Shown here: positions 21,039-30,251 of the stretch, one piece after another
How positions within the stretch are numbered: position 1 is the stretch's first letter
How the letters are laid out: each line of letters opens with the position of its first letter
Assembly (NCBI GenBank): GCA_963702095.1
Contig: OY969706.1
Location: forward strand, 480,001-544,000
Length of the DNA stretch: 64,000 nt
Origin: Candidatus Bathyarchaeota archaeon
GTDB taxonomy: Archaea; Thermoproteota; Bathyarchaeia; Bathyarchaeales; Bathycorpusculaceae
Direction of reading: 5' to 3'
Notes under the pieces: model-generated
What the model saw: only the letters and a program-made list of their open reading frames with translations
What the model was told of the DNA's origin: nothing
Databases searched by the model: none
Position numbers and translations under genes: made by a program

Positions 21039-21096
21039 ATCTGTTGCTTAGCCACCGTTCCGCTCTCTACTTTAGAGATTCAATCGGTCGTTTACA

Positions 21097-22275
21097 TCAT
21101 TTTTTAAATGCGGCCAGCGCAGCCTCAGTTTTGGGTCCGCCCAAGTCTTTGGCGACTTCTTTGAGTTTCTCAGGGATGTTGATGTGTTGTGGGCAGCGTT
21201 CGATGCATTGTTTGCAGTCCTTGCACAGTGAAGCGTCGGCTCGTACGCCTGTTAATCCGCCCATGAGGAAGGCAGCGTACATTCCTCGGGTTTGCTGTTC
21301 GTCACCGCTTAGGTAGAATTCGTTGTAGGCTTGGAAGTTGCGGGGGATGTTGACGCCGTTTAGGCAGGGCATGCAGTACTGGCAGCCTGTGCAGTTGACT
21401 TTTAAGAGTCTGTGGTAGGTGTCAGCTGCCTTTTTGACTGTAGCTAACTCGTCGGACCCTAAGGAGTTGGGCAGGGCGGTTTCGGCGGTTTTGAGATTCT
21501 CCACTACCTGGCTTTCCTCGTTCATACCTGAAAGTAGCAAGGTGACTTCAGGGTGGTTCCACACCCAACGCAGGGCCCACTCAGCTGGACTCCGCTCAAC
21601 CTGGGCTGCTTCAAAGATTTTCTTGGCATCCACCGGCAATTTGTCTGCTAAGCCGCCGCCCCGCAACGGCTCCATAACCACAACAGCAAGCTTCTGAGAA
21701 GCCGCATACTTGAGTCCCTCGGTTCCAGCCTGCAACTTCTCGTCAACATAGTTATACTGGATTTGGCACATGACCCAGTCGTTGGCGGCGATGACTTCTT
21801 TGAAAACCGGCAGTGAACCGTGGAAGGAGAAGCACATGTTTACGATTTTGCCGTCTGCTTTAGCTTTTTGCAGGAACTCGATTGCGCCGAAACTTTGCAG
21901 TTTATTCCAAAACTCCCCTTCCAACCCGTGGAGAAGGTAGTAGTCGATGTGGTCGGTTTGGAGTTTCTGCAGGGAGGTGTTGAGCATTTTTTCCATGTCT
22001 TCGGGTTGACGGAGCATGAATGGGGTGAGTTTGGTGGCGACTTTTACTTTTTCGCGGTAGCCGTCTTGGAGGGCTTTGCCGAGGATTTTTTCGCTTTCGC
22101 CCATGTGGTAGGGTGGGGCGGAGTCAACGTAGTTTACGCCGTTGTCTATGGCAAGGCGAATCTGCTCTATGGCTCTTTTTTCATCCACGGCTTGTCCCTT
22201 TATGGGCAGCCGCATACATCCAAAGCCTAGCACCGATAATTTGTCACCGTTCTTTGGAACAATCCTGTACTGCAT
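21097..22275 (-). CDS. Aldo/keto reductase with C-terminal 4Fe-4S domain
   Basis: LGFGCMRLP, DYYLLH, MEPLRGG, CTGCQYCMPC, CKDCKQCIERCP. Confidence 0.92.
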   Translation of the reverse strand: MQYRIVPKNGDKLSVLGFGCMRLPIKGQAVDEKRAIEQIRLAIDNGVNYVDSAPPYHMGESEKILGKALQDGYREKVKVATKLTPFMLRQPEDMEKMLNTSLQKLQTDHIDYYLLHGLEGEFWNKLQSFGAIEFLQKAKADGKIVNMCFSFHGSLPVFKEVIAANDWVMCQIQYNYVDEKLQAGTEGLKYAASQKLAVVVMEPLRGGGLADKLPVDAKKIFEAAQVERSPAEWALRWVWNHPEVTLLLSGMNEESQVVENLKTAETALPNSLGSDELATVKKAADTYHRLLKVNCTGCQYCMPCLNGVNIPRNFQAYNEFYLSGDEQQTRGMYAAFLMGGLTGVRADASLCKDCKQCIERCPQHINIPEKLKEVAKDLGGPKTEAALAAFKK

Positions 22276-22345
22276 AACTAAACACTCCAAAACGCAAAGA
22301 TTAGGGGAGATTGTTTTTGCTCTTAAAGATATGCCAAATCTTCGG

Positions 22346-23242
22346 TTAAAGGTTTAGGCGCTCTCTTTTCTCATAGATGCCTTTCCACGGATTCACATTG
22401 CGTTTGGCAACTGTGGAGAGGGTGTAATCTTGGGGTTTGATGCCTGCTTTGACTTCGCTCCACTCCAGCGGCGCCGAAACCGTTGCCTCCTTGGTGGGTC
22501 GGAGGCTGTAGGGGATAACCATGGTGCGCATGGGCGAGTTTTGGAGGTAGTCGGCAAAGACTTTGCCCGGTTTCTTGGTGTCCCTAAACTCGGAAACCAC
22601 CAAATCGTTTTCTTTAGCCAATTCCACGCCGATTTTATGCACAAAACTGCGGACCCGCTCAAAGGAGTACTCTGGCTCAATGGGCGCCACTACATGTAAG
22701 CCTTTTTTGCCAGAGGTTTTAACAAACGGCGTCAACCCCAACTCGCGCAGTTTGTCTTTTAGCAGCAGGGCAACTTCAGCAGCGTCGCTTAATGTCGCTG
22801 GCGGCTCAGGGTCAACGTCAAAAAACAGCATGTCAGGCTTGTCTAAGTCGGCGGTGGTGGAGAAGGGCATGTGGATTTCGAGCGCAGCCAAGTTTGCCAG
22901 CCAAATCAGGGTGTCAAGGTCATTGCAGACGATGTAGTGCACGTCCCGCTTGGAAGTGGGGGAATAGATGGTTTGTAGTTTCACCCAGTTAGGGGTGCCT
23001 TCAGGCGCGTTTTTTTCAAAGAAGCTCATTTTGCCGCCCTCTACGCCGTCAGGGTAACGGGTTAAAACAAGTGGGCGATTGGCTATTACGGGGAGGATTT
23101 TAGGCGCCATTTTGATGTAGTATTCTATGACCATGCCTTTGGTTAGGTTGGCGTCTGGGTAGAAGCATTTGTCGAGGTTTTTGAGTTTAACCTTGGTTAA
23201 CTTTTTTAGCTCATTGAAATCTTCCATAAGTAAATACACCAA
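22346..23242 (-). CDS. Stand-alone LigD polymerase/primase domain (NHEJ AEP)
   Basis: RYPDG, FFEKN, FDVDP, KTSGKKGLH, DYLQN, PYSLR, VSAPLEW. Confidence 0.9.
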   Translation of the reverse strand: MVYLLMEDFNELKKLTKVKLKNLDKCFYPDANLTKGMVIEYYIKMAPKILPVIANRPLVLTRYPDGVEGGKMSFFEKNAPEGTPNWVKLQTIYSPTSKRDVHYIVCNDLDTLIWLANLAALEIHMPFSTTADLDKPDMLFFDVDPEPPATLSDAAEVALLLKDKLRELGLTPFVKTSGKKGLHVVAPIEPEYSFERVRSFVHKIGVELAKENDLVVSEFRDTKKPGKVFADYLQNSPMRTMVIPYSLRPTKEATVSAPLEWSEVKAGIKPQDYTLSTVAKRNVNPWKGIYEKRERLNL

Positions 23243-23479
23243 AACCTTGATTGAAGCCTGAAAAGCATATGTTTTTTCTAGGCTTTTTGGCTTTTGGACG
23301 CGATGTGGGCAACTCTGGACAACTGCTACATTTATTCCGTGAAAAACATGTTTTTTTACAGTTAAAAATATATAGGAAACGTGCTCTATTTAGAGTTGCA
23401 GAATTAGTTCAAGAAAGGATTCTCGTACTTGTCATCTTTTCATGATAATTCGCTAATAAAAAGGGGGAGATAATGTAAG

Positions 23480-24112
23480 ATGAAATCGAAAAAGCCAACC
23501 TTAGAGGACCAGTTAGCCTTTATCTCAGCGCAGCATGACGTTTACCCAACAGAACTCTTCTCGGCATTAACCCGTTCAAAAGACGAAGGCAAAATCGCGG
23601 TAGGCGACTTAGACGTGGAATACCGTGGCAGCGTAGGCGACCAAGCTATCTTCTTAATCAAAAAAGAAGGCAAAGTGGTTGCACAGTTCCGCGTACCCGA
23701 AGAAACCTTAGCCCGCACCGACGTTTCCTTTGACAGCTCCATGGACTCTGGCAGAGTACGCCGTGAAATTGCAAGGCAGAACCCAGCGCCTTCCCACCTT
23801 AAAATCGAGGATTTACGGGTAGGCATGAAAAAAATCAATATAGTTGCAGAAGTCAAAGAAGTATCTGAGCCATCAAAAGTTCACACACAATTCCGAGACA
23901 ACGCCGTGGTTTCAAACGCTGTAGTTGAGGATGAAACAGGCAAGATTTTATTGTGCCTTTGGGATCAGCAGGTCAACACTGTACATGTGGGCGACTGCGT
24001 TGAAGTTAAGAATGCACATGTGGCACTGTTTAAGGGTGAAAAACAACTGCGTCTTGGCAAAAACGGCTCTGTAACCATCGCCGCTAAGGCTCTTGAAAAC
24101 GAAATCGCCTAA
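23480..24112 (+). CDS. OB-fold ssDNA-binding protein (RPA/SSB-like) with N-terminal extension
   Basis: KIEDLRVG…DETGKI.L.LWD…GD.V.VKNA…QLRLG. Confidence 0.8.
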   Translation: MKSKKPTLEDQLAFISAQHDVYPTELFSALTRSKDEGKIAVGDLDVEYRGSVGDQAIFLIKKEGKVVAQFRVPEETLARTDVSFDSSMDSGRVRREIARQNPAPSHLKIEDLRVGMKKINIVAEVKEVSEPSKVHTQFRDNAVVSNAVVEDETGKILLCLWDQQVNTVHVGDCVEVKNAHVALFKGEKQLRLGKNGSVTIAAKALENEIA

Positions 24113-24158
24113 ATCTCTTTTTTTATCCGAGTTTATCTTTACACTTTTTCAGGTAATA

Positions 24159-24569
24159 TTAGAAAATACTCGCTTCGGTTGCTTCTGGAACGTGAGTGAA
24201 TTTGGCAGCTTTCTTTTTATGCAATAGCAAAGCCGCCGTCACCACTATAACCGCAGCTACCCCCGCAACAGCAACTGTCTCAACTATTAACGTGTAATCT
24301 GTTTGAGACCCCGTCACTTGCCCATTATCTTCGTTATATCCGTTGGGGGCACCTGAGACATCTGGTCTCGTAAAGTTGTCGCCGCCTGGACCGCCAAAAG
24401 TGCCGTTAAAACCGTTTGGACCCATACCGCCGTTTGGAAAGCCCATGGAACCGTTGAAGTCACCCGGAGGCCGCCTCAACCAAACTGCAACGTAAACTAA
24501 ACGCAGATGCAAAAAAGCAATCTTTAGCATTTCGCGCTGGAAGATGATGTATAAGGGCGACGTTCTCAT
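24159..24569 (-). CDS. Hypothetical Gly/Pro/Asn-rich membrane-anchored protein
   Basis: GFNG/GMGP low-complexity region, C-terminal TM + HKKK; start uncertain. Confidence 0.5.
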   Translation of the reverse strand: MRTSPLYIIFQREMLKIAFLHLRLVYVAVWLRRPPGDFNGSMGFPNGGMGPNGFNGTFGGPGGDNFTRPDVSGAPNGYNEDNGQVTGSQTDYTLIVETVAVAGVAAVIVVTAALLLHKKKAAKFTHVPEATEASIF

Positions 24570-24813
24570 CTTCTTAATACTGGAAAAATAAAAACGGGGG
24601 CTGCTTGGGGAACCATTTAATACCTCCGTATCCCTACAGCATTGCAGAGTGCCCAAGTATCAGCCGCAGAAAGCTAACTATGCACGTGTTGCGCTTATTA
24701 TTAAGCGGGTTATTGGCTGGTGTGTGCACTACTGTTTGTTTTTGGTGCCAGAGACATATTTATATTAGGCTTCATTGTTTTACTGCAAGGAAAACCAATA
24801 GGATAGAGAATCT

Positions 24814-25278
24814 TTGACGACTCCACATGACGTTCCAGCATCGGAATTCATCGACCGTTTAGCAAAGTACCTTAGGGAAAACGTTGACGAAGTCCAGCCA
24901 TTACCATGGTCAACGTTTGCTAAAACAGGCACTCACGTTGGGAAGCAACCCCAGAACCCAAACTGGTGGTACACACGCAGCGCGTCGATTCTGCGTAAAG
25001 TTTACATTCACGGTCCCATCGGCTTAGAAAACCTCCGCAGCGACTACGGCGGCAGAAAAAACCGTGGCAGCAAACCGAACCGGGTTACAAAAGCAGGTGG
25101 TAGCGGAATTCGCAAGATACTTCAGCAGCTTGAAACCGCAGGTTTTGTTCAGACGTTGAAGCCGCAGGGCAGGGTTATGACTCCTAAAGGACGCAAGATG
25201 ATGCAGGAAGTTGCTGGAGACCTCTCTAAAGAGCTCGTTAAAACTGTCCCTGAACTTAGGAAGTATCAAGGCGAATAG
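24814..25278 (+). CDS. rps19e: 30S ribosomal protein S19e
   Basis: WWYTRSASILRKVY, YGGRKNRG, ILQQLE. Confidence 0.97.
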   Translation: MTTPHDVPASEFIDRLAKYLRENVDEVQPLPWSTFAKTGTHVGKQPQNPNWWYTRSASILRKVYIHGPIGLENLRSDYGGRKNRGSKPNRVTKAGGSGIRKILQQLETAGFVQTLKPQGRVMTPKGRKMMQEVAGDLSKELVKTVPELRKYQGE

Positions 25279-25284
25279 GAACCT

Positions 25285-25614
25285 ATGTCAGATGATGAGC
25301 TTGAGCAAATTCGTAAGCGAAAACTTCATTTGATGCAGAATCGCGTAGGCGACGAGCAGAGGCAGGTTCAAGCAGAACAACAAATGGAGCAGCAGAAACA
25401 GGCGTTCCTCTCAAAGATATTGACGCCTGAAGCTCGGCAACGCCTAAACAACCTTAAAATGGTCAAAAAAGACTTCGCCGAGAACATAGAGTTGCAGCTC
25501 ATTGAGATGGCGCAAACCGGTAAACTGCCGATTCCGCTCAGTGATGCGCAGCTTAAATCAATCCTAATTCAGCTTCAATCAAGGAAGCGAGAGACAACAA
25601 TCAGAAGGATATAG
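25285..25614 (+). CDS. PDCD5-like DNA-binding protein
   Basis: DDELEQIRKRKL, ILTPEARQRL; conserved position after rps19e. Confidence 0.92.
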   Translation: MSDDELEQIRKRKLHLMQNRVGDEQRQVQAEQQMEQQKQAFLSKILTPEARQRLNNLKMVKKDFAENIELQLIEMAQTGKLPIPLSDAQLKSILIQLQSRKRETTIRRI

Positions 25615-25617
25615 AGT

Positions 25618-25776
25618 ATGGCAAGAGTAAAACCAACCGCGAAAAAACTCCGATTAGCAAAAGCAGGCAACATGTCACAGTCCGTTCCAACATGGGTTAT
25701 CGCACGCACCGACGGCAAAGTCAGAGTCAACCCTAAATCTAGGCGTAACTGGCGAACCAGCAAAATAAAGCCTTAA
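25618..25776 (+). CDS. rpl39e: 50S ribosomal protein L39e (absent from ORF track)
   Basis: Hand translation MARVKPTAKKLRLAKA…VPTWVIART…RRNWRTSKIKP, 52 aa. Confidence 0.95.
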   Translation: MARVKPTAKKLRLAKAGNMSQSVPTWVIARTDGKVRVNPKSRRNWRTSKIKP

Positions 25777-25790
25777 GGAGAAACCGAACA

Positions 25791-26261
25791 ATGGCAAAAG
25801 AAACCAAACAACAACAAGTACTCCAAGAACAACAAGAAGAAATAGAGCAGCTACCAGAAGAAGAAACAGTAGAGGAAATACCAGAGCAGATCCCCGCCCA
25901 AAAAGAAGTCACCCCAACCGAAACAAAAGAAGAAGCAAAACCCAAACGCAAAAAGAAAGAGGAAGAGATCGCCGAAGAAAGATTCTACACCATACCCCTC
26001 CAAAAAGCCCTGATTCGTCCGCCTAAGAAACGAGCGCCACGCGCTATGTCACTGCTTAAGATCTTCGTCAAGAAACATATGAAACTTGAAATGAAGGTTG
26101 ACGAGGAAGAGGAAGCCGAAGAACTGCCGCAGCTAATCGTCACCCAAGAGGTTAACGAGAAAATCTGGGGTAGAGGAATCGAGAAGCCTCCACGCAGAAT
26201 CAAGGTGCGTGTAACCAAAGACAAAGACGGCAACGTCACGGTTTATCTGGCTGAAAACTAA
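25791..26261 (+). CDS. rpl31e: 50S ribosomal protein L31e with acidic N-terminal extension
   Basis: ERFYTIPL, KRAPRAM, NEKIWGRGIEKPPRRIKVRV. Confidence 0.93.
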   Translation: MAKETKQQQVLQEQQEEIEQLPEEETVEEIPEQIPAQKEVTPTETKEEAKPKRKKKEEEIAEERFYTIPLQKALIRPPKKRAPRAMSLLKIFVKKHMKLEMKVDEEEEAEELPQLIVTQEVNEKIWGRGIEKPPRRIKVRVTKDKDGNVTVYLAEN

Positions 26262-26515
26262 TAATTTAATTATTATTTTTTAATTTTTGTTTTATTTTTC
26301 ATTAGTTGTTGTTGGCGAGAAGTGCCTATACACGGCAACTACCAGCAGGCTTGGCTGTGTTTTGTGTTTGTTTTTCTGTGTTTGGTTTGGGTTGTGGCGG
26401 GTTGTGGAGTAAACTGCAAGCAGAGTGCTGGCAAGGCGTGGAAGCTTGCGGGTTATGGGTTAGTTTTGATTGGCTTTTTTTCTCTGTACAAGGGGGGGGG
26501 TAACCTGTTTTGTCT

Positions 26516-26709
26516 CTTTATGTGGGTGTGGCGGTTTGTGGGGTGCCACAAGACGGCAACTGAGGGCGGTTGCTTTTTTTGGAGGCTTTGCGTTTCGGCG
26601 TCTGTTTCGGTGTGGCAGAGGCGATTTCTTACACATGCACTGCATGGGTCTATGTTGAAACCGCCGCGGTGTGGATGTGGCGGCATGTATCGTTTAGTAT
26701 TTTTTTCCA
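26516..26709 (+). repeat. Dispersed intergenic repeat family A, copy 1
   Basis: Aligns with 33926-34114; shared blocks TGGGTGTGGC, GGCGGTTGCTTTTT, TCTGTTTCGGTGTGGCA. Confidence 0.85.
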
Positions 26710-26936
26710 CACTGTAACATTGAATAGCCGTAACAGGGAATGGGCTCTGGGCTGCGGCTGGGCTTGAGGTAGAGTTGGCTTTGTCAACCCACAGTTAACG
26801 TTTTACGTCTCCCAGACTAGGTTAACAAGCTGGCAATCCCTCTAAAGAGAACTCTTATAAGCAGACTTTCTAAACATACATATGCTACAATACGTAGCTC
26901 AAAACCGCTTATTATCTTAGGAGACTGTAAAACACC

Positions 26937-27368
26937 ATGATTAGAAACGCTGAAGTAACTCAACCCTTGTTTTCTGAAACATGGGTTTTCAAGCTCTACG
27001 TTTGCGGCCAAAGCCAAAGAGCAGTAACAGCGTATTCTAACCTCAAAAAGGTCTGCGACGAACGCTTAAACGGGCAATACCGCATCGAGGTCGTGGATTT
27101 AGTTAAAAACCCAGAATTCGCTCACAGCAACGACATAACCGCGTGCCCAACAGTCATAAAAGAGCATCCTACTCCAAAACGTGTCGTAATAGGCGACCTG
27201 TCTAAAACAGAGGTTGTTCTAGCTAAACTTGATTTCCCAGTTGTCCCCCTTCGGCCCCACCTCATCAAAGGCGCAAAAAGCGTTTCCTTCACTGATACAT
27301 TCTCGCGCATAAGAGAGTTTGCAACTGTCCACTTTGAGACTGTTTTTGCTTCCCCCGGGTCTAAGTAG
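26937..27368 (+). CDS. kaiB: KaiB-family protein (divergent, C-terminal extension)
   Basis: FKLYVCG…IEVVDLVKNP…PTVIK…IGDLS. Confidence 0.85.
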   Translation: MIRNAEVTQPLFSETWVFKLYVCGQSQRAVTAYSNLKKVCDERLNGQYRIEVVDLVKNPEFAHSNDITACPTVIKEHPTPKRVVIGDLSKTEVVLAKLDFPVVPLRPHLIKGAKSVSFTDTFSRIREFATVHFETVFASPGSK

Positions 27369-27460
27369 GTAAACGGGGCTTTTTTGGTAGCGCTGAATAG
27401 TTTTACGTTTTGGCTAAATTTTATCTACTCAAAGCGTCCACTAGAGCAGTGGCTTTTGCC

Positions 27461-27738
27461 TTGACGGAAACAGCTTGGGAATTTGAACTCTACGTCGTTG
27501 GCAGCCAAACTCCAAAGTCACAGGTAGCTTATGATGCTCTGCAGCGACTTTGCCGTAAATACCTCATAAAAAACTATTCGATTCACCTTGTTGACATTCA
27601 AAAAAACCACAAATTGCTGTGGATAAGCAAATAATGGCTGTTCCAACGACAATCCGCAGGTTGCCCCTGCCAGAGAAGATACTTATTGGCGATCTTTCCA
27701 ACGTCCAAGTAGTGGCAAAAACGCTTAGTCTAACTTAG
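27461..27738 (+). CDS. kaiB: KaiB-family protein (frameshift near 27607)
   Basis: FELYVVGSQTPKS…LVDIQK, then shifted frame PQIAVDKQIMAVPTTIRRLPLPEKILIGDLS ending TAG 27738. Confidence 0.8.
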
Positions 27739-27822
27739 AGATAGCGAGTTGTCGGTTGCTTTGAAAAGCTTTATTTAACAATCTTTCTCCTATCTAGTAT
27801 TTTGCGAGGAGCTTGACGCTGT

Positions 27823-29547
27823 TTGGCAACCGAACAGAACTTAAAACCTGAACCGGAGCTACCCAAGACCCCCACGGGAATCCGCGGATTAGACGATATC
27901 ACTTTTGGTGGACTGCCTAAAGGACGGCCAACATTGATTGCCGGCGGGGCGGGCAGCGGTAAAACCTTGATGTCAATGGAGTTTCTTGTTCGGGGTGCTA
28001 CCCTGTTCAATGAGCCAGGGGTTTTCATGGCGTTTGAAGAGACGGCTACTGAGCTAGCGCAAAACGTTATTTCACTGGGTTTTGATGTTCAAGACTTAAT
28101 TGAAAAGAAAAAGCTAATTGTAGATTTCGTTCGTGTTGAACGCAGCGAAATTGAGGAGACAGGGGAATATGACCTTGAAGGACTGTTTATTCGCCTTAAC
28201 CATGCGATTGATTCTATAGGCGCAAAAAGGGTTGTTTTAGACACTATTGAGTCGCTGTTTGCAGGCTTAAAGAACCAAGCGATTCTGCGTTCAGAATTAC
28301 GCAGGCTCTTCAGGTGGCTAAAAGATAAGGGTGTAACTGCGATAATTACAGCTGAACGCGGCACCAACGAGTTGACTCGTTATGGCTTAGAAGAGTACGT
28401 TTCAGACTGTGTGATTATGCTCGATAACAGGGTGCACGGGCAAATCTCTACTCGACGCCTCCGTATAGTTAAGTATCGTGGTTCAATGCATGGGTCAAAC
28501 GAGTATCCCTTCATAATTGATGAAAGGGGCATATCCATAATGCCTATCACTTCAATGATGCTTGACTACAAGGTCCCAACGGATAGAGTAACTAGCGGCG
28601 TCCCCAGACTGGACACGATGCTTGGCGGCAAAGGCTTCTTCCGCGGCAGCAGTATCCTAATTTCGGGAACGGCGGGAACAGGCAAAAGCACCCTCTCTAG
28701 TCATTTTGCTAATGCAACCTGCCAACGGGGCGAACGCTGCCTCTACTTTGCCTTCGAAGAATCCCCCAACCAAATTGTAAGAAACATGAAGTCAGTTGGA
28801 ATAGACCTTCAACCCTGCATAAATAAAGGGTTACTAAAGATTAATGCTGTAAGAGCAACACTCTATGGCTTAGAAACCCACCTCGTTACTATGCAGCGGC
28901 TCATAGACGACTTTAAACCAAGCGTCGTTATCGTTGACCCCATAAGCAACCTGATTAGCATTGGTGATGCAACCGATGTCAGATCGATGTTAACACGCTT
29001 AATCGACCATCTTAAGAGCAAACAAATCACTGCTATGTTCACTAACCTTACACATGTAACCGGTTTAGAAAGCACTGAAGCCGAAGTATCATCAATTATG
29101 GATACGTGGATATTGGTTAGAGATATCGAGCTTGGCGGAGAACGCAACCGCGGTATGTACATCCTCAAATCCAGAGGAATGGCACATTCAAACCAGATAC
29201 GAGAATTCCTCTTAACTACCCAAGGCGTAGATTTAATCGATGTCTATGCAGGCCCCGCTGGAGTACTAACTGGCTCAGCAAGAATTGCCCAAGAAGCAAT
29301 AGAAAACGCAGAGCAAGAAGCAAGAAAAGAAGAGACCGAGAGATTGGCCCGCGATCTTGAACGCCGACGCAAAGTCATGGAATCCCAGGTGGCAGCCATA
29401 ACGGCAGAATACGAGGCTAAAGCTGCTGAAATAAAACAATTAATGAGCCAAGCTAAAGAACGCGAAGCAATCATCGCTGAGAACCGGGAAAAAATGGCAG
29501 AGTCCCGAAAAGCTGACGAAAAGAACTTAAGAGATAAAAAATCATAG
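27823..29547 (+). CDS. kaiC: Double-domain KaiC ATPase/kinase with coiled-coil C-tail
   Basis: Two Walker A motifs (GGAGSGKT, GTAGTGKS), two FEE, EVSSIMDTW phosphosite region, KSRGMAHSNQIREF. Confidence 0.96.
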   Translation: MATEQNLKPEPELPKTPTGIRGLDDITFGGLPKGRPTLIAGGAGSGKTLMSMEFLVRGATLFNEPGVFMAFEETATELAQNVISLGFDVQDLIEKKKLIVDFVRVERSEIEETGEYDLEGLFIRLNHAIDSIGAKRVVLDTIESLFAGLKNQAILRSELRRLFRWLKDKGVTAIITAERGTNELTRYGLEEYVSDCVIMLDNRVHGQISTRRLRIVKYRGSMHGSNEYPFIIDERGISIMPITSMMLDYKVPTDRVTSGVPRLDTMLGGKGFFRGSSILISGTAGTGKSTLSSHFANATCQRGERCLYFAFEESPNQIVRNMKSVGIDLQPCINKGLLKINAVRATLYGLETHLVTMQRLIDDFKPSVVIVDPISNLISIGDATDVRSMLTRLIDHLKSKQITAMFTNLTHVTGLESTEAEVSSIMDTWILVRDIELGGERNRGMYILKSRGMAHSNQIREFLLTTQGVDLIDVYAGPAGVLTGSARIAQEAIENAEQEARKEETERLARDLERRRKVMESQVAAITAEYEAKAAEIKQLMSQAKEREAIIAENREKMAESRKADEKNLRDKKS

Positions 29548-29561
29548 GTAGATGATTTCTT

Positions 29562-29873
29562 ATGAGCAGTGAAACCCAACCAGAGTTTTGGAATCTACGC
29601 CTCTACGTTGCGGGGCAAACGCCTAAATCCCAAGCAGCTTTCGCTAATCTCAAGAAACTCTGCGAAGAACACCTCAAAGGCAGATGCAGAATAGAGGTAA
29701 TTGATTTAGTTAAAAATCCAAAGCTGGCAGCAGGCGACCAGATTCTTGCGATTCCTACATTGGTCCGTAAGCTTCCAGAGCCGATAAGGAAAATAATCGG
29801 TGACCTCTCAGACACTGAACGGGTTCTGGTTGGGCTTGATATTCTTCCTCATCCACTGGAGAATACCGAATAG
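29562..29873 (+). CDS. kaiB: KaiB
   Basis: [12 protein letters not shown]…[23 protein letters not shown]. Confidence 0.95.
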   Translation: MSSETQPEFWNLRLYVAGQTPKSQAAFANLKKLCEEHLKGRCRIEVIDLVKNPKLAAGDQILAIPTLVRKLPEPIRKIIGDLSDTERVLVGLDILPHPLENTE

Positions 29874-29885
29874 GAGTTTAACAGC

Positions 29886-30251
29886 TTGAGCAAGAAAGAA
29901 ATCGGCGACGTAACCGAAGAGTTCGAGAAAGCACTGAAGGGCGAGAGTCAGGAAAAGTATGTTTTACGATTATATGTAACTGGCATGACTCCAAAATCAA
30001 TCCAAGCTATAGAAAACATCCGGAAAATCTGCGATGAACACCTAAAAGGGCGGTGTCAATTAGAAGTCATTGACATTTACCAGCAACCAAACTATGCTAA
30101 AACCGAACAATTAATTGCTGCACCCACACTCATCAAGAAGCTTCCTTTGCCGTTGCGGAAATTTATCGGTGACATGTCAAACAAGGAAAAAATCTTGATT
30201 GGTTTAGATATCATTCCCCGCAAAAAAGCAAACAAGAAAAATGTGAAATGA
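29886..30251 (+). CDS. kaiB: KaiB-like protein
   Basis: YVLRLYVTGMTPKS…DIYQQP…IAAPTLIKKLPLPLRKFIGDMS. Confidence 0.92.
   Translation: MSKKEIGDVTEEFEKALKGESQEKYVLRLYVTGMTPKSIQAIENIRKICDEHLKGRCQLEVIDIYQQPNYAKTEQLIAAPTLIKKLPLPLRKFIGDMSNKEKILIGLDIIPRKKANKKNVK

Noticed and set aside
24590-24680. RNase P, SRP RNA or a known riboswitch
   Set aside because: Lacks the conserved signature sequences and is too short; kept only as an unassigned candidate RNA
26300-26770. Several overlapping short ORFs and recurring GTGTGG motifs; possible CRISPR or genes
   Set aside because: No identical, regularly spaced repeats and no cas genes; the plus-strand ORFs are low-complexity readings of the repeat element
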